Shown here: in pieces, positions 27,013-37,436 of the stretch
Numbering within the stretch: the stretch's first letter is position 1
Layout of the letters: every line of letters starts with the position of its first letter
NCBI RefSeq assembly: GCF_036321535.1
Contig: NC_087436.1
Coordinates: forward strand, 84,570,001 to 84,634,000
Source of the DNA: Camelus dromedarius
Lineage: Eukaryota
Direction of reading: 5' to 3'
Length of the DNA stretch: 64,000 nucleotides
Position numbers and translations under genes: made by a program
Notes under the pieces: generated by a model
The model's input: the letters and a program-made list of their open reading frames with translations, nothing else
Told to the model about the DNA's origin: nothing
The model's database searches: none

Positions 27013-27733
27013 CTGAAATACAAAAGTACAGCATATAATCTATGAGCACAAAGCTTACAAAACTGGAAAAAAAAAAAAAAAAGAGGGCCCACTCTTATCA
27101 GTTCCGTCCTACGTCCTCCACTTCACTGAAAGAAAACATTACTTTTTATCATGTGGATGCACATAATATGTAATAAAATGGAAGAGATGGGGGAGACAAA
27201 GATCCCTGTAATAAAGCACTGAAATTATTATTGCATTTCACAGTCTACAAAACTGCACACTCACTGAATTACAGTCTCCATCAAATCGCTGACCCCTGCC
27301 CCAGGAGAGAAATTTACTGTATTCCTCCTGAAAAGGAAAGGCAGGATTAGTTCAAGGATGCTTTCCTTTTTAGTAGTAATAAAAGTTTATTTATACTGGG
27401 TAAAATGACATAATTTCCAAACTATGCATAAAAAAATGTATCTTGCCAAATCTATAACCCTCTCATATCTCATCTCTTCTGTTTCAAAATGCTTTCTAAT
27501 ACCCAAGATTTGTATTCTGTTATTACAGCCTAATGTCTCATAATATTTTTAAGATACGAGAATAGGTTTATAAAACATCATCATCACCATCATCATCGTG
27601 TTTTCTTTCACTCCTGTATTATTTTCCAAGTCACTCAAAATTGTTTGCAAATATCCATCCTCACAGAGGTTATCAGAGAAAAAATTATCCTGGATTGACA
27701 AACTAAGGTAAAAATAATTTTTGAAACACTTAC

Positions 27734-27893
27734 ATTGATAATAAGGTCAATTTTTATCCTCCTGCTTTGCCAGATATAACACACTTCCGTTTTAAGTTCT
27801 GTTTCTTTAGAAAAATTAAATTCCATGAGATTTTCTAGCTTATGCCCATAGGTTCCTTTGGCATCCATCTTCCCACTTGATATAAGTCATCAC
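27734..27893 (-). pseudogene. HMGXB3-like pseudo-exon
   Basis: tttag|GT...AAT|gtaagt. Starts GDDLYQVGRWMPKEP (~HMGXB3 GNFLGGKWIPKEK). Internal frameshifts. Confidence 0.6.
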
Positions 27894-27953
27894 CTAAATT
27901 GTCTTAATACCATAATGTCATATATATATATATATATATATTTTTTTTTTTAC

Positions 27954-28814
27954 CTTTCTTTTTCAAATACCAATCACATTTTGAAGCATTCATTTCTCTG
28001 CATTTCCATAAACTTTCAACTGTGGATCTACAATTTGTAGTTTGTATGTTTTTATCAGCGGTTTCTTATCACATTTTGCTATGAAGTATTCATGCGTCTT
28101 TCCCCTACAAATTTATAGCCATGCTTTGACCATGCTTCCTTCTATGCTTTGAAACTCCCATATCCCAGCACAGCGGCTGTATTAAGCAAGTCACATATCC
28201 TCCCTACTTCTGTATCACAGAATGAAGTATTTCCTTAAACTCAAAATAGCCTTTTCATGGCTATTTCATCACCCATGAAAAATCTCAAGCAGAAAGATGA
28301 AACTGAAAACTTTTCTTCCACCTTTTATTAAAAACATTACAACAGAAGTCTCTAAAGTTATTACTTCCATCCCTCTCTCTTACGGTTACTGAATTTATCA
28401 GTATGATAATTTACAGTCTCAACATAAATGTTATCTCCCTATTTAGATTTGTCCAGATTTATCCAAGATGGTCAAACCACTGGAGAAGGTTAATCCACTG
28501 TCAGAGAATTATCCCTATTTCCCATGGTTTTTACTTTTCACTTCGCTTATCACTGAAACATAAGGTATAATATTAACAGTTCCTTATTCAATTTTGATTC
28601 CTTTTATATATCTCTTAGCTGCTTCCTCAGCTTCATTACTCTGTCAGTGGTAACCTTAAATTCTGTCATCACTGAAGAAGTGGATGTTTTGACATTTTGA
28701 CGCGTTACACTACTATTTGTTAGTTACCACTGTCATACTGCTGTGAATACCACAATGTTGCTTCTGAATGCAGTTTCCTGGGGCTGACTTACAAATGTCC
28801 TCTGTTAGACCCAC
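27954..28814 (-). pseudogene. Large decayed pseudo-exon (may be more than one exon)
   Basis: Acceptor tttcag|GT at 28814 and donor AAAG|gtaaaa at 27954. Heavily disrupted; the 3' end reads KCREMNASKCDWYLKKK and joins the next exon in phase 1. Confidence 0.4.
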
Positions 28815-29284
28815 CTGAAATCAGTTACATGTTTTCCTTTGTAGGACCTATTGCCATTGTACACTGCAAAGCACCACCTGTCAATTTATCTTTTATAATC
28901 TACCCATCTGATTGTAGAATGTTAAATAAAGAACTGGGAAAATAGGTCAATATAGTACACTGCATGTGCCAATGTGTTTCTAAATCATTCTATGCTACCC
29001 ACACCGACCTTTACAGTGCTCATATTGGTATATTTTTCCATTTAATCCAAGTCCTCTACTACTTACTGAGTGCCCATGAAGCCCACAATATTGAACTACA
29101 CAAATTGGGGGTAGAAAAAAGAAGCATAAGAAGTCACATTCTGTCCTCAGCAAATTTACCATCTCAACAGAGGCAGGCTAGAGAATGCTCCAGTATTGGA
29201 ATACAAAAAAATATATAAACTCTTCTTCCTAATCTTCTAAATAAAACATAGTCACCTATAAGCATTCTTTGATTTAGCACTTGC

Positions 29285-29424
29285 CAACTCGATTACTTGC
29301 AAAGTGATTCCCTGAGATTATGCACACAAGAGTGGGCATACAAGAAACAATATGCAATTTAGTTGATGAATGATTCTCATAACCCAATATCAACATCTGA
29401 ATCTCAATATACTTTTGTTGTTCT
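29285..29424 (-). pseudogene. Probable HMGXB3-like pseudo-exon
   Basis: Acceptor ttttgttgtag|, donor G|gcaagt (GC or decayed GT). One frame open: EQQKYIEIQMLILGYENHSSTKLHIV... Homology is weak. Confidence 0.35.
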
Positions 29425-29875
29425 CTACAACAAAATAACTGCATTTTTGGGGGGGCGGGGGTGGAAAATTTTAGTGTAACTGTAGTGAAATGAACAATCT
29501 GGGAATGAAAAAAATCTCTAGACATGTCATTTGAAAATCTCAACAGACCATACTCTATTTCTTTTCTCATACACCCCTTCTCTTGTCAGTTATTTAAAAC
29601 ATAATTTCTCCCAAATGAATCAATATGCAGGAAGGGACTAACTCTACAATCATTTTACTTGGTGATCAAGAAACATTATGACAATAGGCCACACTACGCG
29701 CGAGGGCTGGGGACTCAAGGATTAATCAGGCCTTGTCCCGGCCCTGGAGGAACTGTCTTTTGAGATAGTATAGTCTGTGCAGAGTGAAGGGAGGCTAGTA
29801 TTATTCACTTTTATACTGCTCCCCCTTAATGTCTGATATGATGATTCTATGTGGAATTTCCAAGATCTTTCATGC

Positions 29876-30167
29876 CTGTATTTTGTAAGAAGTCCAATTT
29901 TTTGACACTAGTGGAAAAGTCCTCTCATTCTACTTATTTGAACTCAAATAGTTTCCTTAGATTCCTTGGTTTCCTCTGCCCAGGACAGTAGGTATGGGTT
30001 TTTCCCCCAAAGTCTTCTAAAACATGACATACGATAGGCTTCAATTCATGTTTCTATCTCTCGGTCAGCTTTCTTTTCATCTCTAGTTTTATTTTTCTGT
30101 TCTTCCTCATGGTCAACCTTTTCCCACAAGTCTTCAAACATTATTAACCTTCTCATGTACCATGTTC
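29876..30167 (-). pseudogene. HMGXB3-like pseudo-exon, HMG-box-like
   Basis: Acceptor aaatag|GA, phase 1. GTWYMRRLIMFEDLWEKVDHEEEQKNKTRDEKKADREIET*IEAYRMSCFRRLWGKNPYLLSWAEETKE resembles the recalled HMGXB3 HMG box (D..KV..E; Y.L..A...KE). 3' boundary uncertain. Confidence 0.65.
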
Positions 30168-30729
30168 CTATTTTAACATTTGTATCATGCCCTACTCAGT
30201 GACGACAGTATCAGACAGATGTTGCTGAAGTCTGCGGGGCAGTGGGCAGGACACGGTTAAAATTAAGACTGCCAGCCCAGTGTACCTTGCTGAACAAAGA
30301 GTAAATTCATTGTAAAATGATGTATAATTGTTTCATGTTTATATACAGTTTAAAAGGTCTTGAAAAACTCTAAGGAAAAAAGATCCTAGTGGGTAGTTCA
30401 ATCACAAAATTTGTCTGATGTACTGTGAAAACAAGGGCTACCTACCTGGACTGTGAGAGAAGGATTTAAGCAGATTTGGGTGCAAGAAGGCCATTAGCAA
30501 TCTTTATTGTCATAACTGCTGAGGGCCCTACACAAAGAGTTCACAGTTTCTCCATGATTGTGTATCACAGATGTGAATTTGTTTTATATCACAACTCCAA
30601 ATTCATCTTCCCTTAGAAATAATGTCATAGGTGGTGGTGGCTATCCCACCCAGTTCTCCATCGAGGACCTAAGGGCTTATTCCCCGAACAACCGCAGTGC
30701 TGCTGCAGGACGTGTCCCGGGGCAGGCAG

Positions 30730-31650
30730 ACTAACGGCCCCCAGAGATGGCCACTTTCTAATCCCTGGAACCCGTGAATACGTTACCTTCCGTGGCAAAG
30801 AAATTTTGCAGAGGTGATTAAGTTAAGAATGTTGAGATGGGAAGATTAGCCTGGATTTTCCAGGTGGGCCCAATGCAATCACAACCACCCTTTTAAGAAG
30901 GAGGCAAGAGTGGCAGGGGTCACAGGAAGAGATGTGATGACAGAAGCAGGGGTCAGAAAGAGAGAGAGAGAGAGGAAGAGAGAGACTGAGATTAGAAGAT
31001 GCTACTGAAGAGGAGAATGTGCCACCCTAAAACATGCCATTTTGGCATACCGGCTATCCTGAATTCAAGTTACTTGGGATACAGCTAGTGCAAGCAGGAT
31101 GCTCTGATCCTCCTGTGTCCCCACTAAAAGTGGGAAATAAGTCTCCCATGTGAAAGGTACCCTCTCTCTGTACCAGCAGGGTGAAAGGCATCATTATCCC
31201 AGAGAGAGAATTTAGAGCCAAGAAGGCTGTACAAACAAATCTTGTTACTTCTTCACTAATGTATTACTCCAAGCCCAAACTTCTTTGTTTTTTCAACTCG
31301 TCACAAATTTATTGTATCTTTGTCCAAGAGGTATAAAAGCTTTCTACTTTGGTTATTTCTTTGAGTCTCATACTTTTATGGGATTCCCATATATATAAAA
31401 TTAAATCTGTTTTTCTCCTGTTAATCTGTCTCCTGGCAACTTAATTATTAGACTAGCCAGAGAACCTAGACGGGAAAAAGGGAAAATTTTTCACTCCTCC
31501 ACTACATGGCTGGCTTCGAAGACGGAGGAAGAGGCCACAAGCCAAGGAAGGCAGGACGTCTCTAGAAGCTAGAAAAGGCAAGGAAAAGGGATTCTCCCCT
31601 CAGGTGTCCAGGAGCAACACAGACTTGTTGCCTCATTTTAGACTTCAGAA
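30730..31650 (+). mobile_element. MLT1 (D-like) LTR split by an ERV1 LTR
   Basis: MLT1 motifs on both sides of 31006-31501 rejoin as gaagatgctac..ctggcttcgaagacggagga. Confidence 0.8.
31006..31501 (+). mobile_element. ERV1-class solo LTR
   Basis: TG...CA termini, 4-bp TSD ctac (31002-31005 and 31502-31505), TATA-like gtataaaa. Confidence 0.8.
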
Positions 31651-32661
31651 ACTACAACTCCATTCCAATGCCTACAATCTGAGAAGTCCTACAATAAGAA
31701 TCGTTTAACTTTGTTTAGAATTTTCCAAAAGTATTTAACCATAGACATTTTAAGGATTTTTTTTTAACATTCTTCAGAATTACTGTTCATGGAACTTACT
31801 TTGGGAAACAACAGTTTAAGGGTTTAGGCCATGGATGATGGCATCTGGAATGGATGCGGTCATTCTTGGTACATTTATCTAGAAATTCCATCCACTGACT
31901 CCATTCAGGGAATTATTATCAAGTATCTGGTATGGCTTTATGTCGAGATAGGTACTGGGATGAAGGAGAAGGGGATGAGATATAAAGACATAAAGAAAAT
32001 ATCACTGACTCCAAGGGAAGGATCACTTAGTAGGAGATATGAGATAGTTATCAAAAAATACAATCCAGGTAGAAAATGTTAGGTTCTGTGTGCATACATG
32101 GGTGGAGGAGAAAGGGGGAAGCAGAGGTGACAGCGGTGAGCTGCTGTAGATGTTTGCAGGGGGAAAAAAAACCACTTCTGGGAAGAGGGGGCAGGTGTCA
32201 GAATGAACTATGAAGATCTGGCGTTTGAATTTTAAGTCTTTTAAGGACAGCAGGGCTGACGATGGGAAGAGAGAGAAGAGGGGGAGTCTGGGGGAGCAAC
32301 CTTACCTATTACGGGTGCTACTCAACTCAAGAACTAAGTTGTTTCTAGATGAGGAAAGCAAGACAACCCATGGTAAACCATATTCTTGTCTGAGCAGTAT
32401 CAAATAGGGGTTCCAGTCCTAGAAAATTCTTAAGACCCACAGAAACACCAATATTTATCACGAACAAATAAAAATAAAGTGATAGATGCCTTAAAATATG
32501 GGAGTATATATAACCAAATACTTAACATAAAACTTTTAAGTTCTGTCTTAAATGTTTCTTTTGGAAGTATTTTTCTGCATAGAACAGACTTTCTGTGGCT
32601 TCTTAAAATACATGCCAGTAAAGTTTAGACTAAAGATGCTTTTTCCCTTTTCCTGGTAAAC

Positions 32662-32983
32662 CTGGTGGTAAGTATAGCTTTCCTCACTGTTCCTTGGGCT
32701 TCTTAACCAGTTCAAGATGAGAGTCATCGATTTCAAAAAGTTTCAATGTCAATTCTGTGTGCACGGAAGACTCTGCTTTAATAGTAACCGGGAGAGGAGG
32801 TGCATTTCCATGCTGATGTCAGCTTCCTGTTTTGGTGTCAATTCTAGGCTCCTTGGGAGCAGAAACCGTCTCCCTGCTGGCTCTTTGTAAGCCTCCCCTC
32901 CAGAGGAGCGGAGCCACTCTAGGTATCTTTGTTGCAACAGTGAGGATTGTGGAAGTGAAATCCTGGCTCCAAGTCGAATCCAT
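32662..32983 (-). pseudogene. HMGXB3-like pseudo-exon, N-terminal
   Basis: One frame from ATG at 32983: MDSTWSQD...TGS*HQHGNAPPLPVTIKAESSVHTELTLKLFEIDDSHLELVKKPKEQ*GKLYLPP (2 stops). Donor CAG|gtttac, phase 1. Confidence 0.6.
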
Positions 32984-34869
32984 TTAGAAAAGTAAACTTT
33001 TAACTTCTGAAACTTATTTCAATAAGAAGAAAGAAGATTAAAGTAGCTGGCATTTTAGGGGTGAGGAATTAAACAGAATTTTTTTTTTTTTGGTGGGGTT
33101 AGGGTTTGGATTAGGCTTTAATCCCTAGAAGAAACACCACGTGTCACCTTTCTAGAAAAATGCCTATCGATACGGTCCCAGGGCTGGATCCAAAGCTACT
33201 GGCAAATCAAGTAGTTACTTCCTTAAGTTTCATCAAAGAAAGAAAGGGCAGGATTCAGAGGATCAAAGGGCCCCTCCCAAGAAACACATTCAGGTAGGTG
33301 TGAACCCTGGAGATTGTGTGTCCCCCCTTGTTTGTCTGGCAAACACCTTCTCATCTTTCAAGCAGCTCCAGTGACACAGCTGGGAGCCCGATGGCTCCCT
33401 GTGGCCATTGTTTACTCTGCCCTTTGGGCTTCCAGGCACTCTGTGCAAAACTCTCTGGAATATCACTAATCGCTTTTTATCCGGTTATCTGTTTACATAA
33501 TTGAAGTCAATTCAATAAAGTTCTGCTAGGGCAGTGCTAGATTCAAAGGCTCAAAGGCAGGAAGGACTCTGGCCTTTAGAAGCTACTTCCTACTAGGGGA
33601 GACAGACAAATAACAGAAGAACAGAAGGCAGGGGGAAAAGACAAGGAGGGGTGGTGGGAACTCCTTCGTGGCAGGGTCTTATTTCAAATCCTTATCCCTC
33701 AGCACAACGTCTGGCACGCATAACAGGTTCCATCCAAGTTAATGAAGGGAGGGAGATGGGGGTGGGGAGGTTGTGGGAGCCAGCAGGAGGGAGGGAGGGA
33801 AAGGAGGGGAGCCAACAAAAATGCCCCACCCATCCCTGTGACTGCTGTACACTGTCAAACCCACTAGTCACTCTAAAGTAGTATTTTCAGGCTCCTGGAA
33901 GAGATATCTTGGGGCAGAGAGTTGATGATTGAATCTCATGTAGCACATAAAATAGTACACGATAATAACCAAAGGATGGAGACAAGTCATAATTTGTCCT
34001 GTATTTAACTGTCGTCCCACAGAGCATGTTAATAATGCTCCCAGGAGGCCTACAGAAAAGAGACTGACAGACGCTGCATTCACTGAACCATTAGCACTAC
34101 AGCAATTGATTTCTTGGGTTCTGCATTATTACATCAGCAGGCTCTTCTGCTCCCGCAAAAGGATTTAACTAGGATTTTGGTCCCTAAGCTTAGAACCTTG
34201 CTGGCCATCCAGTCCCCCCATTTCTCTGCCAGCTTCATCCGTGCAACTCATCTTGGGTTACGTCCGGCAGATGGAGAGAGGAATCTCATTTCAAGCCTCC
34301 GCTGTCTGCATCCCAGAGCCCTCCCTGAGCAGCCTCTCTTTCACCAGGGAGAGCAGGGAGGAGGGACAGGGATCAGCCTCCCTAACAGAGGAGAGTGTAA
34401 AGTATTTCTCAAATTTTCATCTTCAACGGCCGGTATCATTTATCTCCCTGGGGGGAGATTATGCTTTGTCACTGAGGCCAGCAATATAATCCCTAGTATC
34501 CCAATGCCAAAATATCAATTACAGGTTCATTTGGATAATGGGATAAATTGGTGTCCAGACTGCTAGACAAGACATAAACTGGAGGTCAGGGTGTGGGGAG
34601 AGGGTGCCGGAGGAGATTGAGCCTCAGGATAGGACTGAAATAAGGTAAAACTGAAGGTTTCAAATGCTTGCAAATTAAATAACTTAATTCTAAACTGTCA
34701 TCCGTCTCATGAAGGGAAACTCACCAGCCAGGAAAGTACAGCAGGTTTTTCTCAGGTCCTAATTAGAGAGCTGTTGACAGTCCTCTAACACCCCAGCTCT
34801 CCCAGCATAATGATAAGAGGAGATGGAGAAAAGAAATTACTTGTAATTTAAAATCAACGTTTTATCAGA

Positions 34870-35152
34870 CACAGAAAGTCACATAGTATATGATTTCATA
34901 TATATGAAATGGCTAGAATAGGTAAACCTATAGAAACAGAAAGCGGATTGGTGGTTTCCAAGGGTTGAAGGGAGGGAAAAATGTGGAGTAACTGCTTTGT
35001 GGGTAGAACGTCTCATTTGGTGGTCATGACCATGTCTGGGGACAAGATACAGGTGGTGGTTACACAATCTTGTGAATGCACTAAACGCCACTGAGCGGTT
35101 CTCTTCAACATGGTTAATTTTATGTTATGTGCATTTCACCTGAATAAAAAAT
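34870..35152 (+). mobile_element. L1MB-type 3' UTR
   Basis: aggtggtggttacacaatcttgtgaatgcactaaacgccactga motif and AATAAA. Confidence 0.8.
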
Positions 35153-36971
35153 ATTTTATAGAGAGATGTTTTCTCATGAAAGGCCTATTTCTCATGGCTC
35201 AACAAATCTACCACTACCTGGAGATAAGGAGGATTTTATGCCCAACCTGCCGTGATAAGGAAATTAAATAGATCTCTAGGTTGCAATATTTGTCACCTTT
35301 CGGTCTTTCTTATAAAAAGCATTTTTTTCCAGAAAGTCTGGAGCAGGGAAGTCATTCTCACCAGGGACCCCTGACTTGCTGGCCCCCCACCATCAGCACC
35401 TGCAGCAGCAGCAAGAGCAGCCACTGTTTGTCTGGAGTTACCAGCGCCAGCAAGGCGACCACAGTGGAGGGGGTGCGCCCGTGATTCCTAACCTTGGGCC
35501 CCAGCAGACCTGTGCAATCGAGCTGTGCTCTGGGGCGTGGGCTTCCCACAGTGGGGACATCAGACAAAGGCTACAGGTCATTTTAATTCAGTACCAAAAT
35601 ACAAAGGTCTTGGTCTTTCCACTGGCTTTCAGGATCAAAGATAATCAGTTTTAACAAAGAACAGAAGCATCTTTGAGAGAGAGGCAGTTTTTCTCCCCAC
35701 TTCTTTTTGATACTAGGAAGAACATATGCCTCAACACACAGATCCAAAGCGGTCATCTATTCAGTGGAAAGAAGAGCCCAGGAAATCAGGGAGAAAAAAA
35801 ACTCTGACAACAGAGGGAGAGAGAAGGGAACTTGAAAAGAAACTACAAGACTATGTGACAACAACAAAAGATGGCTAACAATCCTACTTGGCAAAAGCAG
35901 GTGTGAGACTGCTCAGTCTTAACCCTCGTCTTCCCCCTTGCAGCCCCACATGGTGCAGTCAGGGCCACGGACAAACAAGCCTCCCAACCCCTCGCCCAGC
36001 CAACTTCTGAACCATTCAGTTGGTCTCACACTCTGCTTCTTGATGTAGCTCTAATTTTTCCGGTTTTGACCTTACAACATTTTTTCCAACCGTGGCTTGG
36101 TCTCACATCCTAGACTTAATGCTTAACTTTAAGCGTCAGATTTCCTTGACCAAGATTCAGGTATTCTTTTGGGAGTCTTGCCTTTGGCGGCCTCATGCAT
36201 GCAGCCTGGCCCAGGGATGTCCCTCCTCACTGTGACTCACGCACAAGTGTTCAGTTCCGTTTGGCTGTATCCCTCCTTTCCTCAGTGTATCCTTCAAGAC
36301 AAAGCCTAAAATAAGGTTCTAGTGTTGATTTCGCAAATGGCTAGACAAGCTTTGTATCAAGAAGAAATGTTTAGATATGCTGAGAAAGCAAAATATATTA
36401 ATGCTTTCAAACCCCCCAATTGTACTGCAATATGCCAACTGATTCAGAGAGTCACACTCTTTTTTCCCATGTTGTGTGAGAAAGAAACATGTGGTCCTGT
36501 CATAAAATGTTCTACATGCCACAGAAACTACAGTATTGTTTTTCTGGAAAAATTCCTAGAAGAGGAAAAAAGCATCTGTTTCCTATGTTTGTCTTGCTAT
36601 GGAATGAAGTGCAAAATGGGGAGCGGGGTATGGAAGGGGCATCTATTTACCCTCTGATAGGAATGCTGAGGTAGAGCATCAGTTTTGAGCTCTCTTGGGG
36701 TTAAGCAGGGTGGATGAGGACTGCAGTGTTGTATGTGTGAAACTCCTGTCCCGAGCTGCGCAATTCCCCATCACCTCCGTCCTTACATCGCTGCCAACAC
36801 ATGACAGAATCAAACTGATAAAAACACTGATCATGCCCATGATAAAATCACACCAGCCGGGCTCTTCTGCTTACGGGCTCTGACCTTCGCCAAGTCATAT
36901 AAGCATCCTGAGCCTGTCTCTCCACTTGCGAGATGGGACTAGTAATGCCTATTGTTTGTTATTTAAGGTGC

Positions 36972-37436
36972 TGTTATGGCTGAATGTGCCCCCCTCGAAA
37001 AAAGGATACATAGAATTCCTAACCCCCTAGTACCACAGAATGTGACTTTATTTTGAAATAGGGTGATTGCAGATGTCATAGTTAAGATGAGGTCATCCTG
37101 GGGTAGGTTAGGCCCTTAATCCAGTATGTCTGGTGTCCTCATAAGAGGAAGAAGGGCCATGTGAAGATACACACACATAGGAGAATGTCACATGACTATG
37201 GCGGCAGAGACTGGAGTGATGCAGCTGCAGACCACGGAAGGTCAGTGATGGATGGTCACCACTACCAGCTCCAAAGAGACCAGGAAGGATTCCCCTTGTA
37301 TGTCTCCAAGGAAGTGTAGCCCTCCCTTGATTTTGGACTTCCAGCCTGCAGAACTGTGAGACAATACATCTCACAGTTGTTGCTGTAAGCCACCCAGTCT
37401 GTGGTTCTTTGTTATAGTAACGCTAGGAACTAACAG
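36972..37436 (+). mobile_element. MLT1 solo LTR
   Basis: tgttatggctgaatgtg...taagccacccagtctgtgg motifs. Confidence 0.85.

Larger units (their letters stand above)
6210..32983 (-). pseudogene. HMGXB3-like: Multi-exon, non-processed pseudogene of a divergent HMGXB3-like gene (HMG box plus Zisupton/KDZ-derived core)
   Basis: About 17 minus-strand exon remnants, mostly AG/GT bounded, with mostly phase-compatible joins. Translated motifs match recalled human HMGXB3 in the same order: ELTLKLFEIDDS~EVTVVMEEIEEA; LIMFEDLWEKVDHE~LLYYYDIYLKVQQE; VGRWMPKEP~GGKWIPKEK; PTYSC~YKYSC; EELARVERTISDL~SELAEVFALIHEL; SNDL..LGEASKV..FSC..IIC~SLDL..LGEDPRV..FEC..MIC; ELSPY~ELAPY; KRDIVDKL~SREIVNRQ. Multiple in-frame stops and frameshifts. 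Confidence 0.75.

Noticed and set aside
6210..32983. Calling the locus HMGXB3 itself or an intact CDS
   Set aside because: HMGXB3 is highly conserved among mammals; identity here is low and there are many stops and frameshifts.
34114..34566. 150-aa plus-strand ORF, the longest in the track
   Set aside because: Non-ATG start, no recognisable domain, no splice support.
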